From an uncultured Pseudomonadota bacterium (lineage in GTDB: Bacteria > Pseudomonadota > Gammaproteobacteria > Burkholderiales > SG8-39): a stretch of DNA of 64,000 nucleotides. The stretch lies in assembly GCA_903921325.1 (NCBI GenBank), contig CAIXPL010000004.1, positions 45,744-109,743 on the forward strand. The letters run 5' to 3'. This document shows positions 60,907 through 64,000 of the stretch, one piece after another; the stretch's first letter is position 1; each line of letters opens with the position of its first letter. The translations under genes and the position numbers were made by a program. The notes below the pieces were generated by a model, which did no database searches, was not told the DNA's origin, and saw nothing but the letters and a program-made list of their open reading frames with translations.

Positions 60907-60908
60907 TC

Positions 60909-61424
60909 ATGGCCGAGCACATCACCGCGGCGTCTGGCGCCGACCTTGCGACCTACCACGACGTGTCGCAATTTCTCTTCCAGCAATCCCATCTGCTCGA
61001 CAGCAAGCGCTGGCAAGACTACATCGACCTGTTCACAGAAGACGGTTTGTACTGGATGCCTCCGGCACCGCATTACACCACCTGGGATGGCACGCCCTCG
61101 ATTTTCATCGAGGACCGCGATCTGATGACGGTGCGCATGAAACGGGTATCGCATCCCAATGCCTGGTCACAGCAAGCCGAATGGGCGACCAATCACGTGG
61201 TGTCCAATATCGTCATCCAGGGGACCGATGCAGGATCAGGCGATCTGCTGGTGCAATCGCGCTTTCACATGCTCGAGGTCAGGCGTGACGATGTTCGCCA
61301 TTTTGCCGGCACCTATCAACACCGTCTGCGCAAGCTCGATGGCCACTGGCGCATTGCCTCGCAACGGGTCGACATGGTGAATGCCCAGGCCGCGTACGAA
61401 TACGTGTTGCAGATCTGGGTATGA
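60909..61424 (+). CDS. Ring-hydroxylating oxygenase, beta subunit
   Basis: LLD..W, YWMP, AWSQ, HVVSN, WRIA..RVD. Confidence 0.92.
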   Translation: MAEHITAASGADLATYHDVSQFLFQQSHLLDSKRWQDYIDLFTEDGLYWMPPAPHYTTWDGTPSIFIEDRDLMTVRMKRVSHPNAWSQQAEWATNHVVSNIVIQGTDAGSGDLLVQSRFHMLEVRRDDVRHFAGTYQHRLRKLDGHWRIASQRVDMVNAQAAYEYVLQIWV

Positions 61425-62092
61425 CCCCTGGCACGCTGGTACGTGCCGGATTCGACGTTCCATTCGAGCCGTTCGCCTTTCTGCGTAATGGTGTTGCCGA
61501 TGGCATGATGATCGAACTGGTGCGGCATCTGATCGAACGATCGGACCATCGCTGTGAATTCGTCGCAATGCCTCTGGCAGATTGTGAGCCGGCTTTGGTC
61601 GAGGGTCGGGTCGATGCGTTGGCCTTCAAGGGCGTCACACCTGATCGCCTGCTACGCATGGACTTCAGCGAACCGCTGATTGTGTCGGGTGCGGCAACCT
61701 TCACCCGCAAGGGACTCCCCCCATCAACACGCCTGGAAGCGTTTCACGGTTTGCGGGCGGTGACCACGCGCGATGGACCTTTCTGGGTGCAACTGCAACG
61801 CGACCATCCGGCCATTGCTCTTGACCATGCTGACACTTACGAAACCGCTCTCGCCGAGGTCGCTGCCGGTCGTGCCGATCTGGCGGTACTCAATCTGCAG
61901 GCAGGCACCTGGATCGCACGCAAGGCGTACCCCGGCGCCATTGAACTGCCGCAGGCACCCTGCTCGCCGCTCACCGTCGCGTTATGCACAGTGAAAGGAC
62001 GGCATCCCGCGTTGATCGCCATGATCAATCGTGCGCTTGCAGCCGCCCGCGCCGATGGCAGCTGGCAACAGATTCACGACCGCTGGCTTTGA
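61421..62092 (+). CDS. Family 3 solute-binding-fold protein without a signal peptide
   Basis: FEPFAF, GRVDA, TPDR..MDFSEP, GRAD, ADGSWQQIHDRW; no hydrophobic leader. Confidence 0.75.
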   Translation: MTPGTLVRAGFDVPFEPFAFLRNGVADGMMIELVRHLIERSDHRCEFVAMPLADCEPALVEGRVDALAFKGVTPDRLLRMDFSEPLIVSGAATFTRKGLPPSTRLEAFHGLRAVTTRDGPFWVQLQRDHPAIALDHADTYETALAEVAAGRADLAVLNLQAGTWIARKAYPGAIELPQAPCSPLTVALCTVKGRHPALIAMINRALAAARADGSWQQIHDRWL

Positions 62093-63376
62093 TCAGGCAG
62101 GAACGCGGATCCCGGCGTGCCGCAGCAGTGCAATCACCGCATCACGACTCACCCCTTCGGTGATGAACACCACCGTCGAACCAGGCTCGGCGGGGATGTC
62201 TGAAGCGGCGCCCGCCCATGGTTCGATGCGATAGACCCTGTCGCCTGCCACTTGCAAAACGCCATACCCGTCACCTGCCTGTACGATTCCTTTGACGCGC
62301 AGTATCTGGCCCGGGAAGCGATCAAGCAGATTCTGCAAAGCCGCCTCGAGAGGGCCTTTCGCGACCGGCTCTGCCATGCGCAGGCTGAACGTGGCGATGG
62401 ACCGATGCGAAAACGCCCGACCCGGGCTGACCGGACCGATGGGGCGTGCGACGAATCCAGGGCTTGACCGTTCCGTGCTCGACTGTTCCGTGCTCGACTG
62501 TTCCGTGCTCGACTGTTCCGTGCTCGACCGTTCCGTGCTCGACCGTTCAGTGCTTGACCGTTCAGTGCTTGACCGTTCAGTGCTTGACCGTTCAGTGCTC
62601 GTCCGTTCAGTGTTCGATGGGTCAGTGTTCGATGGGTCAGTGTTCGATAGGTCAGGGGTCTGGCGTTCCGGGCGTGCTGATTCCACGCCGAAGCGGGACA
62701 CGCTGGTAGTTGACGTGCGAGCGCCCGTGGGCCATTGCACCACCGAGGAAGCATCGGTAAACCATTCAGCAAAAGGCGCGTCATCGGCCGAACGCGCCAT
62801 GATGCGTGCTGCAGGGTTCGACTGCTGCAACCGGTCTCTGAGTGCCTCAATGACCGAGCCTGCTACCAGATCACTCTTGGTAATCACCAGTTGGTCAGCC
62901 AGCGCAATCTGCGCGCGCGACTCGGGATGCCGGTCCAGCTGGGCAAGGCCCTGACTGGCATCGACCGTACACAGGATATTGCTCAGTCGATAGCGCTCGG
63001 CGACTATTCCGGGGGCACTCAAGGTCGCAACCAAGGGCATCGGATTGGCGATGCCTGTGGTCTCGATCACCACCCGATCAAAGCGCGCAATGCGACGCTC
63101 AAGGCGCGCCCAGTAGAGGTCCTCCAGCGCAGCGTTCAGATCCCCGCGCACCGTGCAACAAACGCATCCGCCTGCCAGCAGCGTGGGGCTCACCAGCGCC
63201 ATGGGCATCAGTTGCTGATCGATGCCGATCTCACCCAGCTCATTGATGAGGATTGCTGTATCGACCAGCACGCCCGCCTGCAAGGCTCGCGCCAGCAAGG
63301 TGGTTTTGCCGCTGCCGAGAAACCCGGTCAGCAGACTGATGGGGATGGGCGAGGTCGCAGGTGTATTCAGCGCCAA
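62093..63376 (-). CDS. CobW/COG0523 G3E GTPase metallochaperone
   Basis: GFLGSGKTT, NELG, GCVCC, ETTG, TKSD, LRVKG. Confidence 0.93.
   Translation of the reverse strand: MALNTPATSPIPISLLTGFLGSGKTTLLARALQAGVLVDTAILINELGEIGIDQQLMPMALVSPTLLAGGCVCCTVRGDLNAALEDLYWARLERRIARFDRVVIETTGIANPMPLVATLSAPGIVAERYRLSNILCTVDASQGLAQLDRHPESRAQIALADQLVITKSDLVAGSVIEALRDRLQQSNPAARIMARSADDAPFAEWFTDASSVVQWPTGARTSTTSVSRFGVESARPERQTPDLSNTDPSNTDPSNTERTSTERSSTERSSTERSSTERSSTERSSTEQSSTEQSSTEQSSTERSSPGFVARPIGPVSPGRAFSHRSIATFSLRMAEPVAKGPLEAALQNLLDRFPGQILRVKGIVQAGDGYGVLQVAGDRVYRIEPWAGAASDIPAEPGSTVVFITEGVSRDAVIALLRHAGIRVPA
62462..62655. repeat. In-frame 15-bp tandem repeat, about 13 copies (TERSS/TEQSS/TDPSN), inside the CobW gene
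   Basis: GACCGTTCMGTGCTY units with graded variants. Confidence 0.95.
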
Positions 63377-64000
63377 GGGTCGATGCAGCAGTGAATGGCG
63401 TCCGCATCGCCCTCACCGCCCACGGTGCGTAGCGCGCGGTCTGTTTCGGCCAGCGCGTAGGTGTGGGTACACAGTTCACCCAGCGGATGGCGGCCACTTG
63501 CGATCATCCCAAGGGCCAGTTCCACCGACCGATAACTGTGGCCGCGCATGCCTTTGACGGTCAGAAACTTTCGGATGATCAGATCGCTCTCAAATGCGGG
63601 CACCGGGCGACGCTTCTGTCCGCCCAAAATGACGCGCCCGCTCTTGCGCGCTACACGTATCGCCGAGACCACCGTCTCGGGGCCGCCCGAAGCACAGTCG
63701 ATCACCAGATCAACCATCAATCCGCCGGTGATATCGGCCACGGTCTCGAGCAAATCCTGTGACTCGACATCGATCGTATGGTGCGCGCCCAGCCGTCGTG
63801 CCATGGCGAAGCGCGCGGTGTCGCGTGCCAGGCCCGAGACAATGATGCAACTCGCGCCGGCTTCAGCCGCGGCCACGACGCAGGCAAGTCCTTGCTGGCC
63901 CGGCCCCTGGATCAGCACTGCCTCACCAATGGCCGCCCCGCCCTGCAAATAGGCCCACTCGACCCCGTTACCGAGCGGCAATGCAAGCGCGGCCTGCTCA
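63367..64000 (-). CDS. Zinc-binding (MDR) dehydrogenase, 3' part; starts outside window
   Basis: IQGPGQQGL, LGAHHTID, DLVIDC, THTYAL. Confidence 0.85.
   Translation of the reverse strand, partial: EQAALALPLGNGVEWAYLQGGAAIGEAVLIQGPGQQGLACVVAAAEAGASCIIVSGLARDTARFAMARRLGAHHTIDVESQDLLETVADITGGLMVDLVIDCASGGPETVVSAIRVARKSGRVILGGQKRRPVPAFESDLIIRKFLTVKGMRGHSYRSVELALGMIASGRHPLGELCTHTYALAETDRALRTVGGEGDADAIHCCIDPWR

Overview
GC-rich betaproteobacterial-type chromosomal segment (taxon inferred from gene order and protein style). Core blocks: tolQ-ybgC-ruvBAC-yebC; ychF-pth-rplY-prs-tRNA-Gln-ispE-lolB-TPR; mutM; fdx-coaD-rsmD; ftsY. Between them lie many catabolic and transport genes: a UbiD decarboxylase, two NicX-like ring-cleavage dioxygenases, a hydrolase/acyl-CoA-dehydrogenase fusion, a cupin dioxygenase, an aryl-CoA monooxygenase, a Rieske oxygenase, orphan soxXA, and ABC, Bug and MFS transporters. 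There are two small toxin-antitoxin (TA) islands. Island 1 (about 22.96-26.28 kb, at the ychF 3' end) holds mazEF between 22-bp direct repeats, a lone attC-like site, vapBC between a 25-bp repeated motif, and HigA-like and YafQ remnants missed by the ORF track. Island 2 (about 45.7-48.6 kb) holds a collapsed XRE/primase element with a TA pair on each arm, plus brnTA. pth has no ATG/GTG/TTG start upstream of its conserved N-terminus. All calls come from reading the sequence by eye; no database search was run.
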